A DNA stretch of 63,980 bases, counting the filler, from Pelomyxa schiedti (lineage: Eukaryota; Protista; Evosea), in assembly GCA_020536535.1 (NCBI GenBank). It is 5 parts of 5 records of this genome, joined end to end, with 100 filler letters (N's around TTAATTAATTAA, not from the genome) between each part and the next. Parts side by side here need not be neighbours in the genome. Positions count along the whole stretch, not along the records: positions 40,968 to 56,007 come from JAHLWZ010000108.1; 4 more parts are not named here. One strand, given 5' to 3'. Shown here in pieces: positions 40,968 through 52,852 of this stretch; position 1 is the first letter of the stretch, and each line of letters starts with the position of its first letter. The notes under the pieces are model-generated. The model made no database searches. It was given only the letters and a program-made list of their open reading frames with translations, and was not told where the DNA came from. The position numbers were made by a program, and so were the translations under genes.

Positions 40968-41655
40968 TTTTTCCCTGGGGTCGGGCTGTGGGGGGTCTCG
41001 TATCATTTTGGGGCACTCGTGTCGAAGGATCAAAAAAATATTGGGGGGCTTCCGTGTTTGGGGTTCTTCGTTTTTTATTTCTTCCCTGGGGTCGGGGCTG
41101 GGGGTTTTACATTTTTGTGGGGTGCTTCGCTATTGGGGGATTCGCTGCCCGCACCCCGGAGCAAGGGGCAGGGCGGGCAGGCTTCGACGAATTTATTTTG
41201 GGGGTCTCCGTTGGGGGTTTTTTATATTTTCCCTGGGGTCGGGGGTTTTGGGGTGCTTATATCATTCTGGGGGACTCGTGTCGAAGGATCAAAATATTGG
41301 GGGGCTTCCATGTTTGGTTCTTCGTTTTTATTTCTTCCCTGGGGTCGGGGCTTGGGGGGTCTCGGGTTGGGGACTCGTCCCCCGGTGAGAGGCTGGGGGC
41401 AAACTAAGGGCGAGTTTAACATTTTTTTGGGGGTCTCCGGTCTTTGGGGGTTTTCTCTTCTTTTTTCCCTGGGGTCGGGCTGTGGGGATCTCGTATCATT
41501 TTGGGGCACTCGCGTCGAAGGATCAAAACATTGTGGGGGGTTCTTTCTTTTTCGGCCAGCCCATCGGCGCCCAGCTTGGCGCCTCCCCGCTTCTTCCGCC
41601 GTTCTTGTCGCGGAGTCGAGGAGGAGGCGCAGCGTGACGCTTCGGGGCCGACCTC
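40968..41655. repeat. rDNA 3'-flank/spacer repeat family (CCCTGGGGTCGGG and GTCGAAGGATCAAAA units)
   Basis: 41370-41425 is the reverse complement of 22382-22438 just downstream of the LSU; 41465-41655 is repeated at 43745-43936. Confidence 0.85.
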
Positions 41656-41811
41656 NNNNNNNNNNNNNNNNNNNNNNNNNNNNNNNNNNNNNNNNNNNNN
41701 NNNNNNNNNNNNNNNNNNNNNNNNNNNNNNNNNNNNNNNNNNNNNNNNNNNNNNNTTGCCAGCGCCTCTGGGGGACCCCCGCGAGCACGACCTTGCAGCT
41801 TCAAGTCTTCG

Positions 41812-43071
41812 GGGAGGCTCTGTCTGGTGAGGTGTTGGTGCGGCGGCGTTGGTAAAAAAAAAAAAAAGTAGGCTGTACCTTGAGACACGACCCACAGATG
41901 GTGTGGCCCGAGCTCGGTGATCCGGCGGAGTACGGTACCGTTGTCGGTAATTATATTCCCGATGGTCCAGTCCACTGGAGCTGGTGATGGCGGGAGGGTC
42001 AGTGCTACTTGGGAAAGGGAATGAGCAGTGCTCACATGTAGCTCCGGACAAGACAAAATGATCGGGCGTGTTGAATATTCGGGGTCCTGAATGGGGAACA
42101 TGATCTATGGTGCGGAACTTAATGAAGCTTGGCTCCCAGATGTAGTGAGGTGGAGGTTGCACCAGCCACCCCGGTGGCCACCCCGGCTCTGCGACTGTCT
42201 GGTCTCAGGGGAAAAAATAAAGCTAAAAATGAAAAGTACCAGGAGGGGGCTTAGGGGCTGCGCGGACGTCCTCTCTGGCCTTGTTGCTTGCGGCCCGTTT
42301 AGCTTTTGGGGGTCCTTCTTCATGATCAGTAAAAAATAAATTTTGGTTGTGGGATCTTACGGGCGACTGTGGCCTCGACTGGAGGCTCGACTGGGGGTTC
42401 TGCTGGAGGCTCGTTCTCTTCGGCCTCGTCGTCGGCCTCGTCGGCTGCATTGGCGGTTAAAATTTCCAGAAAAAAACATGTCTGGCTGACCTGTCTTGGG
42501 ATCAGCAGCTTCGTTGGCTGGGTCACGTCCCTTCTCGTGGGAGTGGCTTTTTTCTTTATTGGGTAAAAACATTAGAAAATAAATTCGCTCTTTGGGAAAC
42601 TTTACTGTGGTGGTGCCTGTGGTGCCTTTTCTTCTTGTGGCCCACTTGCTCCACCTCCGTTCTCGCTGAAAAGATATCAGAAAAGAATGTTGATGCTGGG
42701 AAAGCTCACCTTTGTGGTGGCCCTTGCTCTTTTTGTGGTGGCTGTGGTGCGCCTTCTTTTTGTCGCCCGCGTGCTCAGCCCCTTTGTCTTTGTAAAAAGT
42801 ATTCAAAAAAATATTATTGGGAGACTCACCCTTGTGGTGGTGCTTCTTTCCTTTTTTGTGGTGGCTGCTGTGGTGCCTCTTCTTGCCGTGGCCCCTCGGC
42901 TCCACCTCTGGCGGGTAGTCCTTGTTAGCAATAAAATCTGGCGAGGGGGCTGGTCTTACCCTCTCGTTCTTTTTCCGCAGGCTTCTCCAGGCCTGCAGTC
43001 TCGCTCTCCTCTGGAGTCCGTTCTGCCGACTCCTCCTCCGTCATTCCCTCGTTATTTACTTTCTCAGACAT
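41812..43071 (-). CDS. Exons 1-9 and start of exon 10 of a hypothetical ~693-aa protein (acidic, His/Lys-rich N-terminus)
   Basis: Exons 43071-42960, 42907-42830, 42781-42710, 42665-42606, 42553-42491, 42444-42361, 42317-42240, 42194-42036, 41980-41879; nine GT-AG introns of 43-55 nt, all phase 1. Exon 10 starts at 41823 and matches 51579 onward. Confidence 0.8.
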
Positions 43072-44539
43072 CTGTTTGGGGTTTGGTCAGAATCCATAAA
43101 TACAGAAGAATTGACGTCCCCGTAAAAAAAAAGGTGCGCAAGTGTGACGGCCGCCCGGGGTGAACGGCCGCCTTGTCCCCTTAAATATCCCCCGGCGAAC
43201 GCCAGGGGTAACCGTGGGGCGACACACCAAACCGCGGGAGCGAATTTTCTTCCCTTTCGGGATGCCGCCAGACGTTGCTCGATGGCCCTACTGGCCATTG
43301 CGTTTCTTTTGTGGGGATCTGCAGGAAATCGCAGCGGGTCATCAGGGTCGCCTTGTACATGCTGGCGGCCATTTTAGTTCTTGGCCCGCCCCGTTCGGCT
43401 CACCTCTGGTCTGGTCGGCCTCGCTCGTCCACATCCCCACCAGCTTTGTTTTGCGCGGTGAGGAGACGGGATCTGGCCGCAGAGCTTTGGGGCGCCGGCG
43501 GGGTGTTGCCTTGTTTCGCTCGCGGTTGGTCTTGTGTGTCCGCCAACTGGCTTTAAATATTTCGTGCGGACGGTGGGGATTTCGGAACCTCGAGTTACCG
43601 GCTTCCGGCTGGGGGCCGTAATCCGGGTGGTGCGTTGCGGGCAGCCTCGCGGAGCGAGGCGTGGTCCCACCAGAGGCACTGGCCGGCCGTTCATCTCTTA
43701 CTTGGCAGGCCGGCTCTTGTTTCGAATTGGTTTTTTTTCTTTTCTCCCTGGGGTCGGGCTGTGGGGATCTCGTATCATTTTGGGGCACTCGTGTCGAAGG
43801 ATCAAAACATTGTGGGGGGGGTTCTTTCTTTTTCGGCCAGCCCATCGGCGCCCAGCTTGGCGCCTCCCCGCTTCTTCCGCCGTTCTTGTCGCGGAGTCGA
43901 GGAGGAGGCGCAGCGTGACGCTTCGGGGCCGACCTCGGGATGGGTTGTCGGGAGGTTGTGCGGGCGTGGAAAAAAGCCGACGGGACGCTCCCGAGCCGAC
44001 CAGGGGCAGAGGCCGCGGGGAAAGGCCGAGAGGGTGCTAACAGTTCGCCTGCGGCCCGGAGCGGGACCCTTTTCGGGGTCGGGTCTTTGGGGATCTGGCT
44101 CCCCGCTCCAACCAGGCTTCGGCGCGTTGGCCCTCCTCTCCTTCCCTCCGTTTCCTCTGCCCTCGGCCGCCTCTGGCAGCGACGCTCGTGGCCTTTTTCC
44201 TCCCCGTTCCCCTCTCGCCGGGACTGCTGGGTTCTCCGTCCCGGGCAGGGTCAACTTGATACCCCGCCGGCCCTGCTGGCGGATTTTTTGGGCTTTTCGC
44301 TGCGGCCATCTCGATTCCCCCTGGCCGCCTGAGGGGTGGTGTTGCCCGCCACACACCATTTCTTTTAAATCTGACCGACTCCCGAGAGGCGGACGCCCTA
44401 ATTTTTTTTCTGCAGGACCTCCGGCGGCAAGAACCCATTCTCTCGGTCCCGTCGCACATCATTTCACTTTCGTTTTTTTTCGGGTGTCTCTGGTGCGTGG
44501 GCAGCATCGCGGCCATCTGGATTTCCCCTGGCCACCTGG

Positions 44540-47500
44540 GGGTGCTAGGCATATATTTGGGGGTTCGGGGCCCGCTACCTAGCTCGGTTTCCCCTTTCGA
44601 TCGGCTTCCCTCCAAAGAACTTCTGGGTAGCTCCGCAACTTTTTTTTTCGTGTCGCCCCGCTACCGTATCCGCCCTGTCACACAGGGGCCAGTCCTTGCT
44701 CTCAATTTTTTTTTCCATTGGCGCCTGGCTCAGCGTACCCGGCACTGCTTTTCTGTTCACGCATGTCAGACTTTTTTTTTCTCATTTTCAAGGACGAAGG
44801 TGCCCCGGGCTCGTGGTAAAATGGCGGGAGGGTGCTAACGTCCGGACCGTTGGCCCTCCTCCATTTCACCCTTCGCCAGCGTGCTGCGTGGCACTCTCGT
44901 CCGCGTTGGCCCCTCGCTCCTTCTTTTTGGCTGGGCGTAAGCCTCATTGACTCTCCATATTTTTTTTCGGCGAGACCTTGGCGAAGTTTGGTCCTCGTAC
45001 CGTGGCGCTGCCCCGCAGCACGCCTGCTCGTGGTAAAATGGTTGGAGGGTGCTAACGTCCGGCACGTTGGCCCTCCTGTCATTTACCATTCGCCTGCGTG
45101 CTGCGCGGCCCCGTCCCGTTCCGCCTCTCCATTCGCCGTTACAGCTCCAGAGTACCCTTTTTTTCGTTGGCTCACCTCCCTGCTCGTCCTTGCATCTCTA
45201 CCTCGGCATTTTGTTCTCATCTGGGCAACCGCTCAGGCCCCCACGCCGCGTCAGGCAGTCCTCGCTCTATTTTTTTTGTCTGGCTGCAGGTCCAATTGAC
45301 CCCTCTAGAGTATTCCCGCTCGCTTGCATATATTTCTTTTTCTCACTCTTCCCGTTTTTTTCCCAAGAGCGCCGCACAACGGCTCGTGGTGAAATGGCTA
45401 GAGGGTGCTAACGTCCGGAACGTTGGCCCTCTTTCCGTTCGCCATTCGCCGGCGTGCTGCGCAGCCGCGTCCCCCTCGGGCACCCCTTTGGCACAAGAGG
45501 CCTAATTTCTTTGCCTTTTTTCCCACTGGGCATCTCTCCTGGTCGTCTGACTTCTCTCCTCGGAAAAGGCTTACCACTCGTCCCTCCCTTGGGACCCAAT
45601 CTATTTTCGCAGCAGGGCCACCATATTTTTTTCTCCTGGCGTCTGGTACCATGGCATCTCATCCGCTCGTCGCCCTCCAGCTGTAAAGCCACCTTTTTTG
45701 TCGCCCCAGGTTGAAGTCTCAGTCCTCACCCTAAACTTTTTTTCTTCAAAACGATGGGCCCCTCCCGACCAGTTCCACTCTTTTCTTTCCCGGCATTTTT
45801 CCCCCGGATAAAAGATCCCTCTCTCGTTATTTGCATGTCCGGACTCACTTAAAGATTTCTTTGCCTCGCTCTTTCCTTTTTTTTCAGGCTTTCTCACTCG
45901 CTGCACACTCCATTTTTGGCCGAGGCCCTTGGGCCGGCGACGTGACCACCGGCTGAGTTTCGTTCCCGTACCGTGGCGCTGCCCCGCAGCACGCCTGCTC
46001 GCGGTGAAATGGATGGAGGGTGCTAACGTCCGGACCGTTGGCCCTTCCCAAGTTCGCCACTCGCCTGCGTGCTGCGCGGCTGCGTCTCGTTCCGGTCATT
46101 CTACTCCGCCGTTGCCAGCGTTGGCCCCCGTATTCCGTCGCTTCCATTTGTTCCAATCTGGTCTCCCCGGCCTCTCGTCTCGTTCCCACATCTTTTTTCC
46201 ACTGGCAGCACCCCTGGGTACAATTTTCCTCCGTGTCTGGCTCTCCTCTAGCGCATTTTTTCCTGCGGGGCCTCCATCTTTTTTCTCGCAAAATTCCCTC
46301 GTCCAGTCTCACCATCCTTCGGGGGTAGCCGTAGCTCTCCGCGGCCACCAGGCTGACGCCGCATTTTTTGGTTGGCCCTCCTTTGGCGCCCCCCTCGGTC
46401 TGTCAGGGGTATTAAGGTCCCACCTCACTGCCGGGAGCCCGAGCTGGGGGTGCTACCCTGACCCCCGCGCCCTGCCCCGCAGGCGCCGTTCCCCGCTCTC
46501 CTTTTTCCTCTGAGCGGGGCCCGACGCACCCCGCCCGAACATATCCCGCTCTTTTCTTTTCCGGCATTTTTCACTCTCGTCGGGCCGCAGAACCCGACAT
46601 TTTCCGATTTTTCCCCCGGATGGGAAAATCCCTCGCTCTCGCATGTCAGACTCGCTCTCTCATTTTCCCCTGCCTGGGGTAACCCCTCCCTCTCGCATGT
46701 CCTGACTCGCTCTCGGGATTTTTTCTCTCTCGTCTCGCTCCATGTCTCGTCGGTCTCACCATCTTTCGGGGTAGCTCTCCGCGGCCACCAGGCTGCCGCC
46801 GCATTTTTTTTCGTGGGTGCTAGGTATATATTTGGGGGTTCGGGGACCGCTCCCTAGCTTGGTCTCCCCTTTGGGTCGGCTCCCCTCCAAGGAACTCCGC
46901 AGCTCAATGCCGCAACTTTTTTTTCGTGTCGCCCAGCTACCATATCCGCACAGGGGCCAGTCCTTGCTCTAAATTTTTCGCCTGGCTCGACGGACCCGGT
47001 ACTGCTTTTCTGTTCACGCATGTCAGACTTTTTTTTTCTCATTTTCAAGGACGGAGGTGCACCGGGCTCGTGGTAAAATGGTGGGAGGGTGCTAACGTCC
47101 GGACCGTTGGCCCTCCTCCCATTCACCCTTCCCCAGCGTGCTGCGTGGCGCTCTCCCCCGCGTTGGCCCCTCGCTCCTTCTTTTTGGCTGGACATAAGCC
47201 TCATGGACTCGCCATACTTTTTTTTCGGCGAGACCTTGGCGAAGTTTGGTCCTCGTACCGTGGCGCTGCCCCGCAGCACGCCTGCTCGTGGTAAAATGGC
47301 GGGAGGGTGCTAACGTCCGGCACGTTGGCCCTCCTGTCATTTACCATTCGCCTGCGTGCTGCGCGGCCCCGTCCCGTTCCGCCTCTCCATTCGCCGTTAC
47401 AGCTCCAGAGTATCCATTTTTTTTTCGTTGGCTCACCTCCCTGCTCGTCCTTGCATCTCTACCTCGGCATTTTGTTCTCATCTGGGCAACTCGCTCAGGC

Positions 47501-48747
47501 CCCAACGCCGCGTCAGGCAGTCCTCGCTCTATTTTTTTTTGTCTGGCTGCAGGTCCAATTGACCCCTCTAGAGCATTCCAGCTCGCTTGCATATATTTCT
47601 TTTTCTCACTCTTCCCGTTTTTCCCAGGGGCGCCGCACAACGGCTCGTGGTGAAATGGCTAGAGGGTGCTAACGTCCGGAACGTTGGCCCTCTTTCCGTT
47701 CGCCATTCGCCGGCGTGCTGCGCAGCCGCGTCCCGCTCTGGCACCCCTTTGACACCACAACGGCTCAAGAGGCCTAATTTCTTTGCTTTTTTCCACTGGG
47801 CAACTCTCCTTGTCAAACGTCTGACCTCTCTCCTCAGAAAAGGCTTGCAACTCCATCTGGGACCCAATCTATTTTCGCGGCAGGACCGCCATAATTTTTT
47901 CTCCTGGCGTCTGGTCCCATGGCAGTATAAAAATCCAATCGGCTCGTCGCTCTCCTTCGGCTGTAAAGCCAACTTTTTGTCGCCCCAGATTGAAGTCTCA
48001 GTCCTCGCCCTCAACTTTTTTTTTTACTCAAACCGGACCCCTCCCTGCGTGTTCTACTCTTTTCTTTCCCGGCATTTTTCCTGGATTAGAAATCCCTCTC
48101 CCTCGCTCTTTCCTTTTTTTTTTAGGCTTTCTCACTCGCTGCACACTCCATTTTTTGCCGAGGCCCTTGGGCCGGCGACGTAACCACTGGCTGAGTTTCG
48201 TTCCCGTACCGTGGCGCTGCCCCGCAGCACGCCTGCTCGTGGTGAAATGGATGGAGGGTGCTAACGTCCGGACCGTTGGCCCTCCTGCCATTTACCATTC
48301 GCCTGCGTGCTGCGCGGCTGCGTCTCGTTCCGGTCATTCCGCTCCGCCATTGCCCGCGTCGACGTACCGAGCAGCCCCCAGATTCCGCCGCTTCCATTTG
48401 ATACCACTGGGCAGCCCCCTCCCACATCTTTTTTCCCCAGTGGGCGGCCTTGGCGCAATTTTCCTCCGTGTCTGGCCCCCTTCTAGCGCATTTTCCTGCG
48501 GGTCCTCCATCTTTTTTCTCGCAAGTGGCAAAACATTCTCTCGGGCCCGTCGGCTCACTGCATGTCTCGTCGGTCTCACCATCTTTCGGGGGGGTAGCTC
48601 TCCGCGGCCACCAGGCTGCCGCCGCATTTTTTTTCGTTTGGCCTCCTTTGGCGCCCCCCTCGGTCTGTCAGGGGTATTAAGGTCCCACCTCACTGCCGGG
48701 AGCCCGAGCCGGGGGTGCTACCCTGACCCCCGCGCCCTGCCCCGCAG
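44540..48747. repeat. Diverged ~2.25-kb tandem duplication, each copy with four hairpin elements
   Basis: Motif CTCGYGGTRAAATGG…GAGGGTGCTAACGTCCGGNNCGTTGGCCCT at 44810, 45027, 45383, 45998 and 47067, 47285, 47644, 48236 (offsets 2238-2261). Confidence 0.9.
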
Positions 48748-49990
48748 NNNNNNNNNNNNNNNNNNNNNNNNNNNNNNNNNNNNNNNNNNNNNNNNNNNNN
48801 NNNNNNNNNNNNNNNNNNNNNNNNNNNNNNNNNNNNNNNNNNNNNNNCTTCCCTCCGTTTCCTCTGCCCTCGGCCGCCTCTGGCAGCGACGCTCGTGGCC
48901 TTTTTCCTCCCCGTTCCCCTCTCGCCGGGACTGCTGGGTTCTCCGTCCCGGGCAGGGTCAACTTGATATCCCGCCGGCCCTGCTGGCGGATTTTGGGGTT
49001 TTTCGCTGCGGCCATCTCGATTCCCCCTGGCTGCCTGAGGGACTGGGGGTCTACGGGCCCATTTTAATGGGCCATTGGGCCATTAGGCTGGCCGATATTT
49101 CTTCTCCAGGGCATATGGCATCAAACGTTCCCTCAGTCGCGCATCGTTTCTTGCAAATTTTTTTTCGGGCGTAGCTCATGGCGACCTCTAGGTATCGCCC
49201 TCTCCTTACCTCTCTCCTGGTCGTCCTGACCCTCATCTCCTTTCCTCTCGTCTCTCCCTGCGGCAATTTTTCCGGGCGTAGCTCATGGCGACCTCTAGGT
49301 ATCGCCCTCTCTCCATCCTTGTCGTCCTGACCCTCCTCACCTTTTTTTTCTTTTGGGCGAGACCGCTGGACCCGCGGGCGTAGTCCCCGGCGAAGGTCGG
49401 TGCTCGTACCGTGACGGGGCCAGGGGCGGGCACGCGCTTGGGCAGAATGCGGGATATCCCAAACGTGGGTCTTCCCCCCATTCCCCCCGCCTTTCATGCC
49501 AGGCATAACCGACGTCCCGTTCCGAGCATTCCCCTCCGCCGTTGACCCCGCCAACGGACCCAGCGGCCTCCCAATTCCCTCGCTTCCTTTTTTCCCCTGG
49601 GCGGCATCTCTCCTTGGTCGTCCCGACCCTCCTCTCCTCTCCTCTCGTCCCTCCCTGCGGCAATTTTTCCGGGCGTAGCTCGTGGCGACCTCTAGGTATC
49701 GCCCTCTCTCCATCCTGGTCTCCGGTCAGTTCTCATCATTTTCCGGCGGGACCGCCTCTTTTCCCGCGGTGGCAAAAAATTCCCCCGTCCCGTCGTCTCG
49801 CTCTGTCTCCTTGGTCTCACCATCCTTCGGGGGGTAGCTCTCCGCGGCCAGCAGGCTGCCGCCACCTTTTTTTTTTCGTTTGGCCTCCTTTGGCGCCCCC
49901 CTCGGTCTGTCAGGGGTATTAAGGTCCCACCTCACTGCCGGGAGCCCGAGCCGGGGGTGCTACCCTGACCCCCGCGCCCTGCCCCGCAGG
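46330..49990. repeat. Dispersed ~155-bp spacer repeat (3 copies: ~46330, ~48594, ~49833) plus 3 copies of a ~45-bp GGGCGTAGCTCRTGGCGACCTCTAGGTATCGCCC unit (~49166, ~49274, ~49671)
   Basis: Near-identical text CTCGGTCTGTCAGGGGTATTAAGGTCCCACCTCACTGCCGGGAGCCCGAG in all three long copies. Confidence 0.85.
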
Positions 49991-51081
49991 CGCCGTTCCC
50001 CGCTCTATTTTTCCCAGGAGCGGGGCCCGACGGACCCCGCCCGAACATGTCCCGCTCTTTTCTTTTCCCAGCATTTTTCCCTCTCGTCGGGCCGCAGAAC
50101 CCGACGTTTTTCCGGTTTTCCCAGGGATGGGAAAATCCCTCGCTCTCGCATGTCAGACTCGCTCTCCCATTTTTCCCCTGCCTGGGGTAATCCCTCGCTC
50201 TCGCATGTCCCGACTCGCTCTCGGGATTTTTTTTTATTTTTTCTCTCGCATCGGGCTCGCTCTTCCAAAAAAATGGCTTTTTTCCGAGAAGCGCCTCCTT
50301 GTTCGGAACAAGTCGGTTTCTCAATATGAAGTCGGATACCCTATTTTTTTTCCCTTAAGCGTTAACTGAAAAAAAACGTACTTTGCGTTGATGACTCCGA
50401 CCGAAATTCGAAGTTTTCCAGAGGAATCCATTCTGTATGACTTTGTGAATTTCGATTTTGACTTAGTGGTTCCACCGTTTTGACTTTTTGTGTTTCGGCC
50501 CGACTTTGCGATTTTTTACAGCGCGGACTTTGCGTTTTTCATGTTGTTTTCTTCTGTCGGACTTTGTTTTTGGTCTCGACTTTGCGTTTCTTGATAGACT
50601 TCGTTTTTCGGCTTTCCAGTTTCGTCAAAGTCGCAAGCCTAATCTCATGTGGTCCCGCCGGAAGAAAAACAAAGTCGAAACGAATGCGGTAAAGTCGATC
50701 CCGAAACGCAAAGTCGAATAATTTGTGAAGAGCGGGAGTCATGAGGGGTCTGCCGATTGGACCTCCCGCTCTCCGGCAGACCCCTCTCGAACCTTTCGGG
50801 AGACCCTCCCGAATGATTTTCCTCGCGACTTTGCGTTTTCGTTTTGCCTTTGCGTTTTTCTTTTCGGCTTCGTTTTTCGATTTTTTGCGAAATTTGAAGT
50901 GTCAGTCCCGGATGGAAATTCATTCCGCAGACCCTCATGGGTCTCGCGGTCCTATTTCTCGCCCGAGTTCTCGCTCTCGACTTTGCTTTTTCGTTTTGCC
51001 TTTGCGTTTTTATTTTCGACTTCGTTTTTCGATTTTTTTGCGAAATTTGAAGTGCCCGTCGGTCTTGAAAATAGGTTCAGA

Positions 51082-51445
51082 GACCCCTCCCGAACATTTT
51101 TTGACATTTTCAGCAGACCCTCCTGGAGCGACTCGCGGTCCTTACGGGAGCCCCCCGCTCCCCTGGGAAAAAGAAAAATAGAAAATAAAAATCAGCAGGG
51201 GGAACCATGAGGGGTCTGCTGATTCCCCGTCTCGCTCTCCCGCAGACCCCTCCCGAACATTTTTTGACATTTTCAGCAGACCCTCCTGGAGCGACTCGCG
51301 GTCCTTACGGGAGCCCCCCGCTCCCCTGGGAAAAAGAAAAATAGAAAATAAAAATCAGCAGGGGGAACCATGAGGGGTCTGCTGATTCCCCGTCTCGCTC
51401 TCCCGCAGACCCCTCCCGAACATTTTTTGACATTTTCAGCAGACC
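51082..51445. repeat. 163-bp tandem repeat (2.2 copies here and at ~52963-53326; 3.2 copies at 53948-54474)
   Basis: GACCCCTCCCGAACATTTTTTGAC starts at 51082, 51245, 51408 and at 53948, 54111, 54274, 54437. Confidence 0.92.
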
Positions 51446-51578
51446 CAAAATAAAAATCAACACTGAGACATGTAGCACCCCTGGTGCTGCGGCAAAAAAA
51501 GAAAGAAAGAAAGAATTGCTTGGGAAAAAATTTTATTATTTTTTTTTTACCAACGCCGCCGCACCAACACCTCACCAG

Positions 51579-52852
51579 ACAGAGCCTCCCCGCCAGACTT
51601 CAATCGAGTACTCTGGGATTTCATTGCTCACCCAGGCGACTACAGCGACATCCAGTCCATGCCACTGCTCTGCATGGACCCCATCAGACCATTGCCTATG
51701 CCGTACCCCAGGGTCGAGATCTTGGGCCGATATTGGGAGAGGCGCTGGGCCGCTGAGCCCCAACACGAAATGCCGGAGCACAGGCGTCTCCTCCGAATCT
51801 TCGACCAATGGGCCCGCGAGGCGGAGCTGCTGCTGACCAAATGGGATGAGAGATGGACCTTCTGGACATATAGGAGGCACAGGGGGCTGGACAGCCCGTA
51901 CAGGCAGTCGTGGCGCACGCTGGACGCGCAACTCAAGGACCACGGCAGGGCATTTATGGACTTCCAAGAAATATTTTGCCAGCGCCTCTGGGGGACCCCC
52001 GCGAGCACGACCTTGCAGCTTCAAGTCTTCGGGGAGGAGTTCATGGTGTACAGCAGCGAGATAGGGGGGCCAAAGAGGCGCTGGATGGCCAAAGGGTGGA
52101 ACCTCTTCAAGGTTCAGCTGGCTGGACACCTATCGTGCAGCTTTCGAAAAACGGGACTCAGCAAGAAGGGGCTACTCACGCCGTCGGACAAAATTACATT
52201 GAGCGCGGCCAGGGAGCACGTTGGGATTGTCCTCCAGAGTGTATTGGATGGCATGAGGGAGATGAACAAGGGCTTCCCGAAAAAACCGCTCGTGCCTGGG
52301 ACAAAGACCGGCTGGAAGTTCGACTTTCTCGCCATGCCAATGGACCATTGCCTCTCAAGGCTGGTGGGGTACCTGCTGAACGAGGCCCTCGCTAAGGGAT
52401 TCAAGGTGATTTTTCCCCGTGGCGCTGCCGGGGTGGCTGGAGCGCGAGTCGTGGGGCAGTACCCGATTGTGGCGCTGGCCGGAGGTGGGGCACCGTGGTA
52501 CTTCTGGCAAATACAGAAGGAGCAGCCGGTCACCGTCGTGCACCTGGAGGGATGGGGCTGGCACGTGGTGCTGGACGGGATCAAGGAGCGCTGGTGCCGT
52601 TTCTGGCTGTACAGAGACGGGGATGAGCAGTTCTGTGTGCCAGCCAGCAGAAGAGAAGGCTGGCATTTCGAAGTTCTTGGCGGATGGGGGAACCTGAACG
52701 AGGCTGTGGAGTCGGAGGTTGGCGAGGAATGGCTGCGGGGGGCTGCGGAGAGGGGAGAACCGGCATGGGCGAAGCGCACACTACTAGAGATCACTTACAC
52801 AGGGCCTACAGCAGTGCTTGCCCTCACCAAGCCACCCCCAAAAAAGATGTGA
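51579..52852 (+). CDS. Terminal exon (contains the 397-aa ORF) of the hypothetical spacer-encoded protein; Trp-rich domain of unknown family
   Basis: Frame is stop-free from the repeat boundary 51551 to the stop at 52850-52852; acceptor CACCAG at 51578 joins in frame to exon 9 (…VVSQ-D-RASPPDFNRVLWDF…). Confidence 0.8.

Noticed and set aside
43100-50400. Long ORFs in spacer repeats (e.g. 315 aa, 394 aa)
   Set aside because: They track the repeat units, are not conserved in frame between copies, and one spans an N gap.
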